DNA of 62,983 bases, counting the filler, from Octopus bimaculoides (lineage: Eukaryota): assembly GCF_001194135.2 (NCBI RefSeq). It is 5 parts of 5 records of this genome, joined end to end, with 100 filler letters (N's around TTAATTAATTAA, not from the genome) between each part and the next. Parts side by side here need not be neighbours in the genome. Positions count along the whole stretch, not along the records: positions 1 to 21,368 come from NC_068988.1; 4 more parts are not named here. One strand, written 5' to 3'. A program made the translations under genes and the position numbers. Below, in pieces: positions 1-13,164 of the stretch. The notes beneath the pieces were generated by a model. The model did not search any database. It saw nothing but the letters and a program-made list of their open reading frames with translations, and was not told the DNA's origin. Every line of letters begins with the position of its first letter. The first letter of the stretch is position 1.

Positions 1-19
1 TATACATATATAGATATAG

Positions 20-107
<88 letters not shown>

Positions 108-150
108 TCATGTATGCATGTATATATGTATGTATGCGTGTATGCATGTG
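1..150. repeat. Compound microsatellite (TA)n/(TATG)n/(TG)n
   Basis: Directly visible tandem di- and tetranucleotide runs. Confidence 0.95.
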
Positions 151-3100
151 CATGATTATATTCTTTATGCATGTATTTATAGTGATATATGGATATGACG
201 CACATTTACACATCCTGGAAACTCTTCTTGGCATGATGCTGTAAATAACTAATCTCGTGTAAGAATATTTTCCAACAATCCCATGTATAGAGAAACTCGC
301 ATAAACACACTCATATACCTAGTTACATATCTATATATATATATAGATATCTAACTAGGTACTTATCCAAATAGAGAATGCTCGACATTATGTTTATGCC
401 ATTAGATGTGAAGTGCCAATAAGTTCTGTAATAATTAATTATTAAAAGTCACATATATCTGAAAATATAAGAAAAACTTATTTGTTATATTTTTCTTTTT
501 CAGATTGAATCACATGCTAGAGAACTCTATGCATGGTTTTCATCCTTGTTATTTATTTATTTACTTAAGATAATGTTTACTGATTTCTTGAATTTCACGA
601 GCACAACTAATTTTCTCTAGTTCAATTATATTGATTAGTATAGTTGTTTTATAGCATTCTTTCGAACATACATTTTGTACACTAATGGATTCCTTGTTTT
701 CCATAGAATAATTAGTTTTCAACGAAGTTTCTGTGGTAAATGAATTAATTAAATATTTTAAGTACATTGTCATACCGAATCCAGAATGTCAAGATATGGA
801 TGAAGAGTACAAAAGTTGGTTTATATTGAATGCGTGCATATGTAATTGTGTATATATATTCGTGTGAGTGCTGTGTTCCCTTGTCTCAGATTGTTGCTAC
901 GAAATTAATATGCCCATTAGTTGGTAAATCTTACATTTCAATTTAAGGTAAGGAAACATAGTTTTGAGCCATTACTACTATTTTAGTTGTTCTCCCAGCA
1001 CTTCAGAAGACAAAACAAGGAAGCATTTTCCAACACTTTCTTCCAGCAAATGACTTTCTGCGCTATGCAACAAAAGTACAGAACGTTTGTCTTTTCGCTT
1101 CAGTACCTGTCTCTTCCTGGAGAATTTGCGTCATCTTGAGAAACAAGAATAATCACTTGAATTATTTATAACGAGATACACTGCTAAATCAAAATATAAA
1201 TATGAACATACACCCCCAACTTCTATTGACCGCCAAAGAATTTTACCCAACACGTACTCTGAAGCCGTAACCAACTTATTGATTAGGTACGATAAAACGT
1301 TTACAAATGTAGAATAAACGAGACAATGTTTTGCACTGACCTGCTTAAAAAGTATGAAAATCTTCAACTTAAGCAGTCACGCATCAGCCATTTCCATCGA
1401 CACACTCAATGCGAATCCTTCCTAAATCAAACTATCGCAGTTCGCAGTCAATTCGATACACGAACTCTCTGAAGTACTGATACTAAACAACATTAAACAA
1501 TACAGTGTGTAATTAAGACCTTGGAAGAATGTTAATAATCAGCTGCCTTTAAAGATTCTTATTACATGCACAAGGCGTCAACATATCTTCTAGTTTTCGA
1601 ACATGAAATATTCCATTCGGTTAGTTGGATTGTTGAACTGACATTCAGTATCTCTTTCGTCATACCAACTTAAATTTACCTCCGTAACTCACAACTTGAT
1701 AGCGAGCTGAAAATCAGGAAATTCCCTGTCGTCTCCGTAGATTGCTTAGGTCGAAATAAAGGCAGATGCGTTTTTCTCAATGGACATCAATGCAAAACTT
1801 ATACTATCCGATAGTATTTTGCGCCTGTGCTAATAGGAATCCTGAAACATTTCTACAATGCTTCTGATTTTGGTTCGACAATGTCAGACCCTTTATACTA
1901 AATCACAATATCAGAAGCACTGTATTGATGCACGACGCCACGATTATCTATGTAGACTCAACTACAAATACTTAGAAAGCAAGAAATAGCATATGAGCTG
2001 TAAAAAAAAATCCCAGAAGCACAGATGCTGTTTTACATAAATTATGCTACCTGAATATCATCTTTTGGTTTTCCCACCGTAACACGCCAAGAGTGACGCA
2101 ATCTATTATATATTATCCATACTAACGCAATCCAAAATATCACAACCGCGACAACTTATTTCTTTAAATAGGCAGGATACTTTGTAATCATAATCTTGGT
2201 TATTCCAAAATGAGACCAACTAAATACATCATGATGCATATATATGACACTATGAATCTGTACCAACCTAACTGAGTGTAACACAAAACGATTTATTTCC
2301 CCCTGACTGTTTTTGCATTGTGTCTCCTCTGGGACTGAAACAGTTTGGAAAACATTTTTTGCACGTAGTGACCAACAAATGTTCAAAACAATCCAAAAGC
2401 CTTAACGGTAATAGGCATCGGTATACATGAAGGGAAAGAACATGAAACACAATAGACTGCCTGAAGATAGTGTATTCTTTCATGTAGAACAACGACCAGC
2501 ACCCAATCGATTGCATTAAAATGCTTGGTTTACACACACGAAAGAAAAAATTATCTGCAGATTAGTATGAAAAATTACATCGACAAAGGACTTCAGTGGA
2601 AGAATGGACCATTGAGAATGTCAAAGATAGTCCAAACACATTTGGTTTATTCACCAACAAATACTGAAATCTTGTGTAATCCTAATATGTTACACGCTAC
2701 CTTTAATAATCCTACTGGTGTTGTCTTATGCGATCCTTGTATTGGTAATAATACGACCTACAGCTAGAAGAAGCCGGTCATTGACAAAATTTCAAATGCA
2801 ATGTAAATCTACTCATTGTGAAAATAAAACGCTATATATATATATATATATACATATATGTCTGTGCATATGAATACATGCCTATTTGTGTCTGTGTATG
2901 ATTGAGTTAAAATAATCTGATCGAGATCACTTCTTTATTATTGATAGCTATGTCATATTTAGAGGGGGATGACATATGAAGAGGAGAAAAACAGTAGATA
3001 AAATATTTAGCTCGGTGACAAACTTTTGGATAAATTAAGTCCAAATTTCTGAAACTTAAAGAATTCATGAAACATAGCAGGCACACACGCACACATACAC

Positions 3101-4893
3101 AGACACACGCGCGCGCACAAACATTAACTCACTGACTCACGCACTGAATGTAAAAACAACTTCAAAAAATATTGTTTCGTTGATATATTTAAATGTACTT
3201 ATAAAAATATACATAATCTCAAAACGGATAGCTACTTCGAGTTAAAAAAAATTGCCTTTGCATTTCATGTGGCAGACTGAAGAAACATAGTGTGCATAGG
3301 TTATCGATCGTATTCACCGACGCGCACTATATTGACTTGTGAACGTAGTATTAACTCCGTGGGATGATTTCCACCCACTCCAAATTGTATAAAAAAACAA
3401 GGCAGCTACACTGAATCTTACAATTTGGTTGTTCGCAAATGATTACAACTTTGTGATATTTACTATAAAACGGTATTTTATAATTTGAAATATCATCATG
3501 AGTAAAAAACAAGTTAATTCATGAACATATATTTTGAATTTGTTTCTTATTAACGAATAACACGTACCCACAACAAAGTCGTTTGTTATTGTACCAATCA
3601 GCATATACTTTCGTATTACGGTAAACGAGTTTACACATTGGAATTCTACTAATATTCCGTGATCGGATGATAAAATATATAATGTGAAGCAAATCACTTT
3701 CATATCTAGATTCTGTGTATAAATTACAGCTAAATAACATAGGTTTACTAAAACTGATTATATATTCTGGGATTATAATTAAAAGTAGTTCTAGCATTAA
3801 GTTACTTTCTTAATTAATGTTATATCACCTCCGCTTATATAATCACAAAATATATGTACTAGGCATTGAAGTAAAGCATTAATAGGCAACTTCCAAATTT
3901 CCGAAAAAACGTGGTACGTTGTATGAAACGTTGTCTTGTTCAAGTGAATCGTAATTGATACAAAATAATAAATACTACATTTATACATGTTACTCATACA
4001 TATTTTGGATTTTACATTTATAGCATAGTCCTCCGTTGAACAGATGAAACCAATGAAAATTCTTTAGTGGCTAAAGTGAAGGTATTAGGTGATGAACAGG
4101 AAGAACACGGACAGATATATTTTCGAGGAGCTCTAACTCTTCTTAACGTTTCTGCGCATACAACTTTAGAGAAAGAGTAGCAATCAAATGAATGCTATTG
4201 TTATGCAGAAGGGAAATTGTCTGTTGTTTCTAGATGATGTTGTACACACCACATGATGAAATGCAGGAGAGAGCTCTAAGTGGTGCTTATCTGTTTACTG
4301 GCGTACTCCTTTCACAAAATTTCTAGAATTATGATTTTTACATTTTTTTCTATCACTATTTGACTGGCATTCCACAGGTTTCTGTGGAGGAACTGCTTTA
4401 TAATGTTACCATTTTAACGTATAATAAATGTATAATTATAAACAGTAACGTCATATCAATTACCAATGTATGATATGACGTTTCTAAAGAGAGGACTATA
4501 ACGACTCCAAATTTGCATTTTATTTTCTTTTATCATCATTTGCATATCATCCCCGGCTGCTATGAGAGATTTCTACGCGCTGACGCTGGCAATATCTACG
4601 TACATCTGCCCAAATAGAGCGTTGGAGAAAATCTACAAGTATTTTCTGATGTACATTGTGACACTGAAACAAAAGTGTTAAACTACCGTTAATATGTGTA
4701 ACTGTTTACGTGCATAACCTGTGTGTGTATCTTCCATGATGCATATCAATAAAATATTTAAATACTGGACACAAAAAAAATACTATCATTCAAAAACAAT
4801 CTGTATAAGAATAGTGTTGAAATAACTATGACCAGTGATATTTTTAGTTAATTTTATAGTGAGTTGTTCATTAAGGAAAATTAAAATCTGCAT

Positions 4894-4937
4894 CACGTTT
4901 TAATCAAGAAATGAATTTTTAATTTATCAGAGGAAAA
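4894..4937 (-). ncRNA. Candidate degenerate hammerhead ribozyme motif (copy A)
   Basis: Minus strand reads CTGATAA-ATTAA-(11 nt)-TTGAT-TAAA-ACGT: near-CUGANGA box, 5-bp helix II (one G-U), near-GAAA box. Core has substitutions. Confidence 0.3.
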
Positions 4938-5262
4938 CTCCGTAAATAAAATACAAAACACTCACCACTACGATAATTATAGACTAATTATGGACTATAT
5001 TATTTCTTAGATAAAGATAAAATAAACTCTAAATAAAAAGAATATCATATTTTTACTAAGTTTTGCAGAACGAACCAACTTAGAGGAAGGCACTAGTTAC
5101 ATTATATTATAAATTATATGTTTACAAGCTCGAACGTACTCCATATTATAAAATACATAAAACGAAAATAGGTGCCACAATTAACAAAAATCTGATTGGT
5201 TATATAAAATACATAATTATATATAATAATTGTTTTAATTCATTTGTTCGTATTTATATAAA

Positions 5263-5312
5263 CATTATTCCCATTACAAAATACTAAATGGCGTAATTTA
5301 TCAGAGGAAAAA
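5263..5312 (-). ncRNA. Candidate degenerate hammerhead ribozyme motif (copy B)
   Basis: Minus strand reads CTGATAA-ATTAC-(15 nt)-GTAAT-GGGA; shares TTTTCCTCTGATAAATTA with copy A about 375 bp away. Confidence 0.3.
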
Positions 5313-5464
5313 TATCTCTGAAGATCAAAGCTTATATGTTTATAAATTAATTACCTACATAAGAATAGCCGGAAATACGTAGTTGCAATATAAAAGTTTT
5401 TGATCACAATAGGGCATTGCATAAAATGATTAATTAATTAATTATTTTTATTTATTTATTTATT

Positions 5465-5466
<2 letters not shown>

Positions 5467-5517
<51 letters not shown>

Positions 5518-5527
5518 NNNNNNNNNN

Positions 5528-5595
<68 letters not shown>
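5467..5595. repeat. (ATT)n microsatellite with small gap
   Basis: Visible tandem repeat. Confidence 0.95.
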
Positions 5596-6019
5596 TATTA
5601 ATTAATAAATAATTCAATTTATATATTCATAAATGTAAAATCATTTAGTACAATGAAGATAGCGTGCTTAACATTTCTTATTTACATTTAACTACGAATA
5701 TAATGATCTATTTTAGAGTCAGTATAAATATATTTATCGGTACTTAATACGAAATATTATAAATTAATACACCAAAAAAAAAATGTTCAGGTATCGTCAT
5801 TAATATACTATTTAAAATAACAAATCTTTAATCACAATACAAGCAATTTGCAAACTGTTCAATATAAAATCAAAAACATAATTTTCCTCCAGTAATCAAT
5901 TCAGATAGATTGAAGAAGTTTAAATCGTTCAGTATAATAAGTGGATAATTTGGCCTCAATACAAGTGGATTAAGCGATATTATCACTTTATATATTTAGG
6001 GAGATTTTTTGATATATTT

Positions 6020-6520
6020 TTTACCTTATTTATCTATTATGTAATAATACTCTTTGTAATACTCTTTGTATGAGTATTTATCGTATTTATTTGTATATAA
6101 GGAAGTCCCGACTCCATTTACCGATGGTGTTACCGTGTTAGCTGTATTATAAATATTCCTACTACTACTCGGTGAGTTATTGAAACTTTGCCGCATTTTG
6201 ATGTTGTTTATGCGATACATAAGCTGCTCTAAATTAGCAGATTGGCGTAGGACATCTTAACGGTGTGCCGATTAAAAATAGCATGATACGGATTAGATTT
6301 AAGAAAACATTTGTCCAAAGCTGCAAAAAATTTTCATGCGACCGTGGTTGAAATATGCGAACAGAAAAACGGGTTGAATCAGAGGGCATGTTCATTCATA
6401 TATCTGTTGTTAGGCTTATTGATCGAGTCTGTTATGCAGGATTGGACAAAGCAGATTGATTATTATTTCGTGTGTGTCTATAAGATTTCGTTGATAGTTC
6501 CTTGACATGACCAATTCTTC
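6020..6520 (-). mobile_element. Penelope-like element fragment (RT thumb/linker), decayed
   Basis: Minus-strand translation HAL*FNPFFCSHISTTVA*KFFAALDKCFLKSNPYHAIFNRHTVKMSY..NLEQLMYRINNIK matches the PLE pattern WFNPPF..IG.KF..LIDK.FP..H..H.IFNR.TVK.SY; stops and a frameshift. Confidence 0.8.
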
Positions 6521-7556
6521 TCTGCCTATATTAACTATCTGAGTGAGTTCTGTATGTATGTACATATACAACAATGCAGATGCTACATTATTCTTTGGAT
6601 CCACCATTGAAACAACACACTATATGTAATTGTAAATTCGAAAGCTAAATACACCTGACACAATATAGCACCACTTCTTTTGTAGACAGTTTAACGAGCG
6701 ATTTGGCCAGATATTCATTGCTATTATTCTCAATTTTGGGGTCTCTTGATATTTATAACTGATGATAATTGAAATTTTTTTCTCATTTAGATTTTCCTAA
6801 TAGAAATACGTGTGCGCATGTGTCTATGTGCGTTTGTTTGTGTGTCTGTCTGCCTCTGTGTGTAATTTCACGGAAGCTAAATGATATTCTGCNNNNNNNN
6901 NNNNNNNNNNNNNNNNNNNNNNNNNNNNNNNNNNNNNNNNNNNNNNNNNNNNNNNNNNNNNNNNNNNNNNNNNNNNNNNNNNNNNNNNNNNNNNNNNNNN
7001 NNNNNNNNNNNNNNNNNNNNNNNNNNNNNNNNNNNNNNNNNNNNNNNNNNNNNNNNNNNNNNNNNNNNNNNNNNNNNNNNNNNNNNNNNNNNNNNNNNNN
7101 NNNNNNNNNNNNNNNNNNNNNNNNNNNNNNNNNNNNNNNNNNNNNNNNNNNNNNNNNNNNNNNNNNNNNNNNNNNNNNNNNNNNNNNNNNNNNNNNNNNN
7201 NNNNNNNNNNNNNNNNNNNNNNNNNNNNNNNNNNNNNNNNNNNNNNNNNNNNNNNNNNNNNNNNNNNNNNNNNNNNNNNNNNNNNNNNNNNNNNNNNNNN
7301 NNNNNNNNNNNNNNNNNNNNNNNNNNNNNNNNNNNNNNNNNNNNNNNNNNNNNNNNNNNNNNNNNNNNNNNNNNNNNNNNNNNNNNNNNNNNNNNNNNNN
7401 NNNNNNNNNNNNNNNNNNNNNNNNNNNNNNNNNNNNNNNNNNNNNNNNNNNNNNNNNNNNNNNNNNNNNNNNNNNNNNNNNNNNNNNNNNNNNNNNNNNN
7501 NNNNNNNNNNNNNNNNNNNNNNNNNNNNNNNNNNNNNNNNNNNNNNNNNNNNNNNN

Positions 7557-7657
7557 AGAAGAAGAAGAAGAAGAAGAAGAAGAAGAAGAAGAAGAAGAAG
7601 AAGAAGAAGAAGGAGAAGAAGAAGAAGAAGAAGAACAACAACAACAACAACAACAAC
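7557..7657. repeat. (GAA)n-(CAA)n microsatellite at gap edge
   Basis: Visible; source of the poly-E/Q/K/S ORFs in the track. Confidence 0.95.
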
Positions 7658-10025
7658 TTGGTTCCTCTGACTCTTTTGTATACCTTTTCTGCTTTCTACC
7701 CAATACATCATTTTACCTATGCATTTGGTAATTATGCCATCTTCCCAACTCTGCTTTCCATTCATATATACATTTTTACCAAATGACATTTTTTCTTTCT
7801 TTGCCAGGTAGCAATCTATCTCAGACTAATTTTACTTTTCCCGCAAACATCAGCTCCGCTGGTGGACTATCTGCTGGTGTATTAGGATCTGGTGTCACAC
7901 GGTAAATTCTTCATAATTGTTGTAAAGCTACCTCATCCGTGACTTCCCTATTCAATTGTCTGAGGGATCGAAGTTATCGACAAAGCGTTCTGCCTGCCCG
8001 CTAGATCTGGTATGGTGTAGCGCCGTAATTATATGTTTTACGGCGACCGTTTCACAAAACATTTTAAATTCGCTAGGCACAAATTGCGTTCCTTTGCCAG
8101 ACACCATCTTGTCTGGGATGCAAAATCTCACAAACAATTACTGTAAAAAATTAATCACATTTGAGCAATTGGTTTTTTACATTACAAATTTGCAGCCGGG
8201 TCGAGAAATTAACTACCCCTAAGAGAAATCGATATGTAATCTGGACCACAAAACATTTACCTTTGAAGAATGCTTACTTTTTATCTGGGGCAATTTTTTT
8301 TATTTCGTTTTGGCTTACATACAGGTGTTCTCTGTTTTACCGCAAGTTTTTCTTTGAAGCCCTCAGTCGCATTTGAACCTTCGACTGAAGCCACTACATT
8401 TGCAAACAATTCACTTATGGGAGTAATCCATATTGTGAATATTTCTATCCACTCTGTGCCAATTAAACTAAGTGAAAGTTTTAACCCATGTATCTTTTCC
8501 TTTCTCGTTTGACCTCTAAATGTTACATTACATACAAATTCACTGAAAAAATATAATCTTTTCCCATAACCCTATGCACTACCTTTTTCGTTTTAATTTC
8601 GGCTTACTGACATATTTCTAGGTTTTTCGTTTATAATGGTGATATCACTACCAGTGTCCAACTGCATTTTAACACTTGTATTTCTGATTTTCACATTCAC
8701 GAAACTCCTCATCGTTATATTACCAATTTCTTCCGATGACATACTATTTATTCTTTTTCATTTGTTGTCACGTTTTTTCATCTCCATTCTTCAGTGTTTC
8801 TTTATATTTCTTTATATTTTCACAACACAAGCACTCCACATTCTTAATGGACAATTTTTCCTCAGGTGTGTACCTCCTCATGCAAAACATGGTTTTATTT
8901 CTTGATTTTTGTCGTGTTTTTTAGAAAAAAATATTATCTCTCTTCTGAATATTTCGCATTTGCTTTACTTGAAAATAATCTTTACGTTCAATGTATGTGA
9001 CGTCTTAATTTGACTAACCATTTGCATTCCTCTGACACTTGTTGTAGGGTTACATCCTGGTTTTCTTCTAGGTTTGCGAGAATTATAGTTCTAACATGTG
9101 CTTTTTTCTTCAGTTAATCCCTGTGTAAAAATCATGCATTTGAAATATCTGGAGCTAATTCATGCAGCTTGAACTTCTCGCATTCCGTTAACTCTACCAA
9201 CATATCTGATGTTGTCTTCATCGTTGTATTTCTCTATGTTCATACGCTTCCAAAGGGTGGAGCTTTCTTCAGTAAAAAAAAAATACGCAATATATCAACT
9301 GTGTCATTAAAGATTATGTCCGGAGATTTTCTTGGGAATATATAATTACCGCATCGTTCATGATCTGTTGCCACCAGTTTTCTCGAGATTAAGCGCGTTT
9401 TCATTTCGTCATCCCAATCTTTACGTTCTTTCTCGAAGATTTGCTCATACTCTCTGTAGTTTGCTTCGAAAGTAATTCCTTTGTCAGATTCGTATTTGAA
9501 ATCTGCTATGGATTTCACGACAGTCTAAGGAGAACAGTTTTTATGAATTTCTTGAGGACTTCATTAATTACAGAATTTGCTGCTGTAATAGCAATTGTTA
9601 TTGTACTTTCAGTTGTTGTTGTTACTGTTTTTGCAACTCGAGCAAACAGGCCAACAAATTTTCCATAACTTTTATGATTGGTTTTTCGTAAAAGTCACGA
9701 AACAAAACTTTGTGAGTTTGTTAACTTCCCTTGAGTTGTTAATTCCACATGAAGTTTATTAATTATTCGTAAGTTGTTTAAATACTCGACGAGTTTAATT
9801 TCTCGTGAGTTGTGCCATTTCTCGTCGCCACTGTTATAATCCTTAAAATTTTGGATTGTTATTACGCCGACTTCGGTATACAATTTACTTTGTAAAAACC
9901 AATAAAGTCACGAATATCTCTAACCGTCTACTACGTATTCTGGTACTTCATGTACTTCTCTTTACTTATAGTGACTAAGTTATTCCATTTGTCACGTGAG
10001 AGGCGTGCACTAATTCCCTACAACA
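7658..10025 (-). mobile_element. Ty3/Gypsy LTR retrotransposon (K02A2.6/Mag-like), internally deleted: 5' LTR, PBS, gag, protease, integrase remnant; no RT/RNase H
   Basis: Gag TFEANYREYEQIFEKE..KTRLISRKL; protease MQLDTGSDITIIN; integrase WSRLHIDF, PDKMVSGKGTQF..EFKMFC, SSGQAERFVD, SPPAELMF; C-terminal NGKQSWEDGII..IGKMMY. PBS GTGGCGACGAG at 9831-9821 follows an LTR with TG...CA ends. Confidence 0.9.
9832..10025 (-). repeat. 5' LTR of Gypsy copy 1 (194 bp)
   Basis: Minus strand starts TGTTGTAG and ends TATAACA, immediately before the PBS. No second LTR is visible (gap at 6893-7556). Confidence 0.7.
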
Positions 10026-10651
10026 ATGACTTTTTTTGTTTCCGTTGAGGGCACGCGATGCTACTAAATCACCTTTCAATTTCAATTTCTTCACCAGATG
10101 ATAATAGATTCTTACTTCATTTCCAAGTAGCTGTCATAAAAATTAATGAACTGCAGAAAGTTTAGAGTAACAGAGATGCATAATGTTACTTTGTTCCGAT
10201 ATCGTGACACAAACTGATTTAACTCTCTTTTATATTACTTTCGGCCCATTTATTTAGCATCCTAACTAGACCGGGGATAAGCCAGTTCCACTTGATATAA
10301 TTATGAACCGATTTCCCTAAGGAGTGTTTATTTTAAACCTCATTTATATATGCAAATCAATACTTTGACTTGTCAAAGATAACAGAATTGTACTGAAGCT
10401 ATACCACGTAACGTTGTTAAAAGACTCTTTAAATAAGCTTGGATGGGGAAGCAAACGATAGAATTTAATGTTTGGAAGAGGATGAGAATTACTTTATNNN
10501 NNNNNNNNNNNNNNNNNNNNNNNNNNNNNNNNNNNNNNNNNNNNNNNNNNNNNNNNNNNNNNNNNNNNNNNNNNNNNNNNNNNNNNNNNNNNNNNNNNNN
10601 NNNNNNNNNNNNNNNNNNNNNNNNNNNNNNNNNNNNNNNNNNNNNNNNNNN

Positions 10652-10684
<33 letters not shown>

Positions 10685-11488
10685 ACCATTTATATAAACA
10701 CACTCACACGTATATGTATATGTATGTATATAGCCTACATTTACATATATATACATATATGTATATGTATATATATTACGTCAATATATACGTGATATAT
10801 TAGTGAAAGGTAATACAAACTCATACGCCCCCCAAAAAAGAACCTCACAATTCAACATAAATAATCATAAAAAATCAGAAGCAACTACTATCATTTTAAT
10901 GTCGAGAAAAATGAATGAGAAACCTCCCATATACTTCATGTCGGTTGGGTTGTCTATTGCCGAGTTTCATCTAATTGCCCTCAAAAAAAAAAAACGTATT
11001 CACCTAACATCTGAGCATACGCGTAAAGTACTGTCAATGTGAGTGTGCAGATTCTATACGAATACTCACAGGAACACATGCAAGCATTAGTTTAGAATGG
11101 TTTAGAATGGGACTGAAATTCTGTAATTTTATAGGGTAATATATTTCTTATGTTAGATTTTTATAGGAACCGATTACGTATTTACACACACATACACACA
11201 TACACTCACATACACATATACATACGTACACACAGACACATGGATACAATCGCACACAACACGTACACACAGACCCAAATATATACTCATCTTTCACAAA
11301 TATCAGTGAAACTCTTACTGGTTATGGAGGTGGGTAGCGGAGATTGAACTCAAGAGGAATAATAGGATACGGAGGGAATTGCGAGCATAGAAAGAAGCAA
11401 AGAGGGTGGGAGAGAAGTGGTTGGAACAGCTACACTGAAGGATAGGAGATGAGGAAAATGAGAGAGATCGAAAGGTGATAAAAACATA

Positions 11489-11493
<5 letters not shown>

Positions 11494-11576
<83 letters not shown>

Positions 11577-11628
11577 GAGAAGGAGAGGGAGAGAGAGAGA
11601 GAAAGAGAGGGAGAGGGAGAGAGAGAAA
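11494..11628. repeat. (GA)n microsatellite
   Basis: Visible. Confidence 0.95.
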
Positions 11629-13164
11629 TCATAGAGGTGAACATGAGACTGTGAGGTAAAATGTAAGGAATTACTTTTAGTGAAATACTTTAATTTATTA
11701 TGCTCACGAGGCACAAAATAAACCTAAGAAGTGATGTAGTATGTGTGGATTCTGCATAAGGACATCATATCACAGTATCTATTGTCTGGATATGAATTAC
11801 TTCTCGTGTGTAATGGGCAATGCCTGAATATTTCTTCTTTCAATAAAGGTATAATATTGTTCTCAGAATCTTGGAGGTTATGTCCTTTTCTATGACACGG
11901 GGCGTGCGTCTTTTCCTAGCATTCATGTATGCATTACAGTATCTACATGAAAGAAAAGTACGTCAAGTATCTAGGGATTTGGCCTGGATTAGTAAACGGA
12001 TAAAACCTTCATTGGGCCGATAGAAATGATCTCAGAATAACAGCTTTGTTCTTTTGTATTTTTCATGCTCTTGTCTGCATATTTATATAAATTTATCGCT
12101 ACGTCAGCCATAATTAGTAGGCATGTTGAGACGGCATGTAATTATGAGCATCCCGTTCTTGTTTCATGAATACATATATGAGATCATATCATGAGAAGCA
12201 TTTTACACTCTTATCATAATATCCATTCTGCATGTAAATATTATACCACTACTGCTCTCCTCACTGTAAGCTGAAATTAAAGTTCCACTTCTGTGGTGTT
12301 AACGCAATTTTTAAATCAGAAATTTAAATAAGCTAACTCAATATTTTAAGTGAAATCGATTGCAAGTGTTAACCTAAAGTCCACACCCAGAAGATATATC
12401 AATGATATAGCAAACTCAATTGTATCATTAGAAGTAGCGTCATTAATCGTGCCGTATTCTTCCTACTTAGCATTTATATAACATGGCTGGCCGGTGTCCA
12501 ACAGACTTTACATTGTTATATCGCTTTCTCATTTCTTAAGGGCATTTAAAACTTAGGTAAATTTAACTGGCTACAACTTGGAATCGATTACGTATTTCAG
12601 ATTCCAGTCTCTGATATATTACATCCATTTCTGTGGTACTTTGCTTGCATTATTTTATCTACTGATTTCAGATATTGGACTTCAGCCATGCAGAGGTCAA
12701 CCTGGTAGGGAATAATTGATTGCGCTGACCCCACTATTTATGCTATGGAATTGATGTTTCTATTCAAAACTATGTATCTTCCAACTAGATACGTGACGAA
12801 TGTTTGTAGAACATATGTAACAACTTAATCAAAGACCGCCTGTTACATTTTATTTATTTTTAAACGTGAGGTAAATTTGATTTCAAATTTCAAATGGAAA
12901 CTCTTCAAGGAAACCACTCTCAGAATGTTCTTATTACCCCTGCTAGTGGCATAGTAATTATGAGATATTGACTTATGAACATAAGGTCAAGGTTACAAAT
13001 TCATGAATAGTCGACGCATTTCAGTTTAATCATCAGCATTGGGCATTAGCAAAATTTGGTACAGCTGTCTCTCTCGTCCACATGTGATATCGTAGGAGTA
13101 GGAGTTCTGCTGGATCAAACATGAATAAGTGAAAGGTGTTATATACATACATTCATATATGTCC

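Noticed and set aside
504-620. Strong-looking acceptor (TTTTCTTTTTCAG) followed by a 38-codon frame IESHARELYAWF..
   Set aside because: No donor, partner exon or recognisable homology; such acceptors are common in T-rich DNA.
6769-7789. 300-aa ORFs in the track here and at 14.7, 17.6, 37, 53.6, 54.4 and 61.3 kb
   Set aside because: They are runs of N translated as X; there is no coding information.
11900-12000. YVKYLGIW motif suggesting a LINE RT
   Set aside because: A single short motif with no supporting upstream RT motifs; left unannotated.
13000-13045. Minus-strand CTGATGA-TTAAACT-GAAA
   Set aside because: No helix II pairing, only 3-bp flanking helices, and it sits in a decayed SINE-like head.
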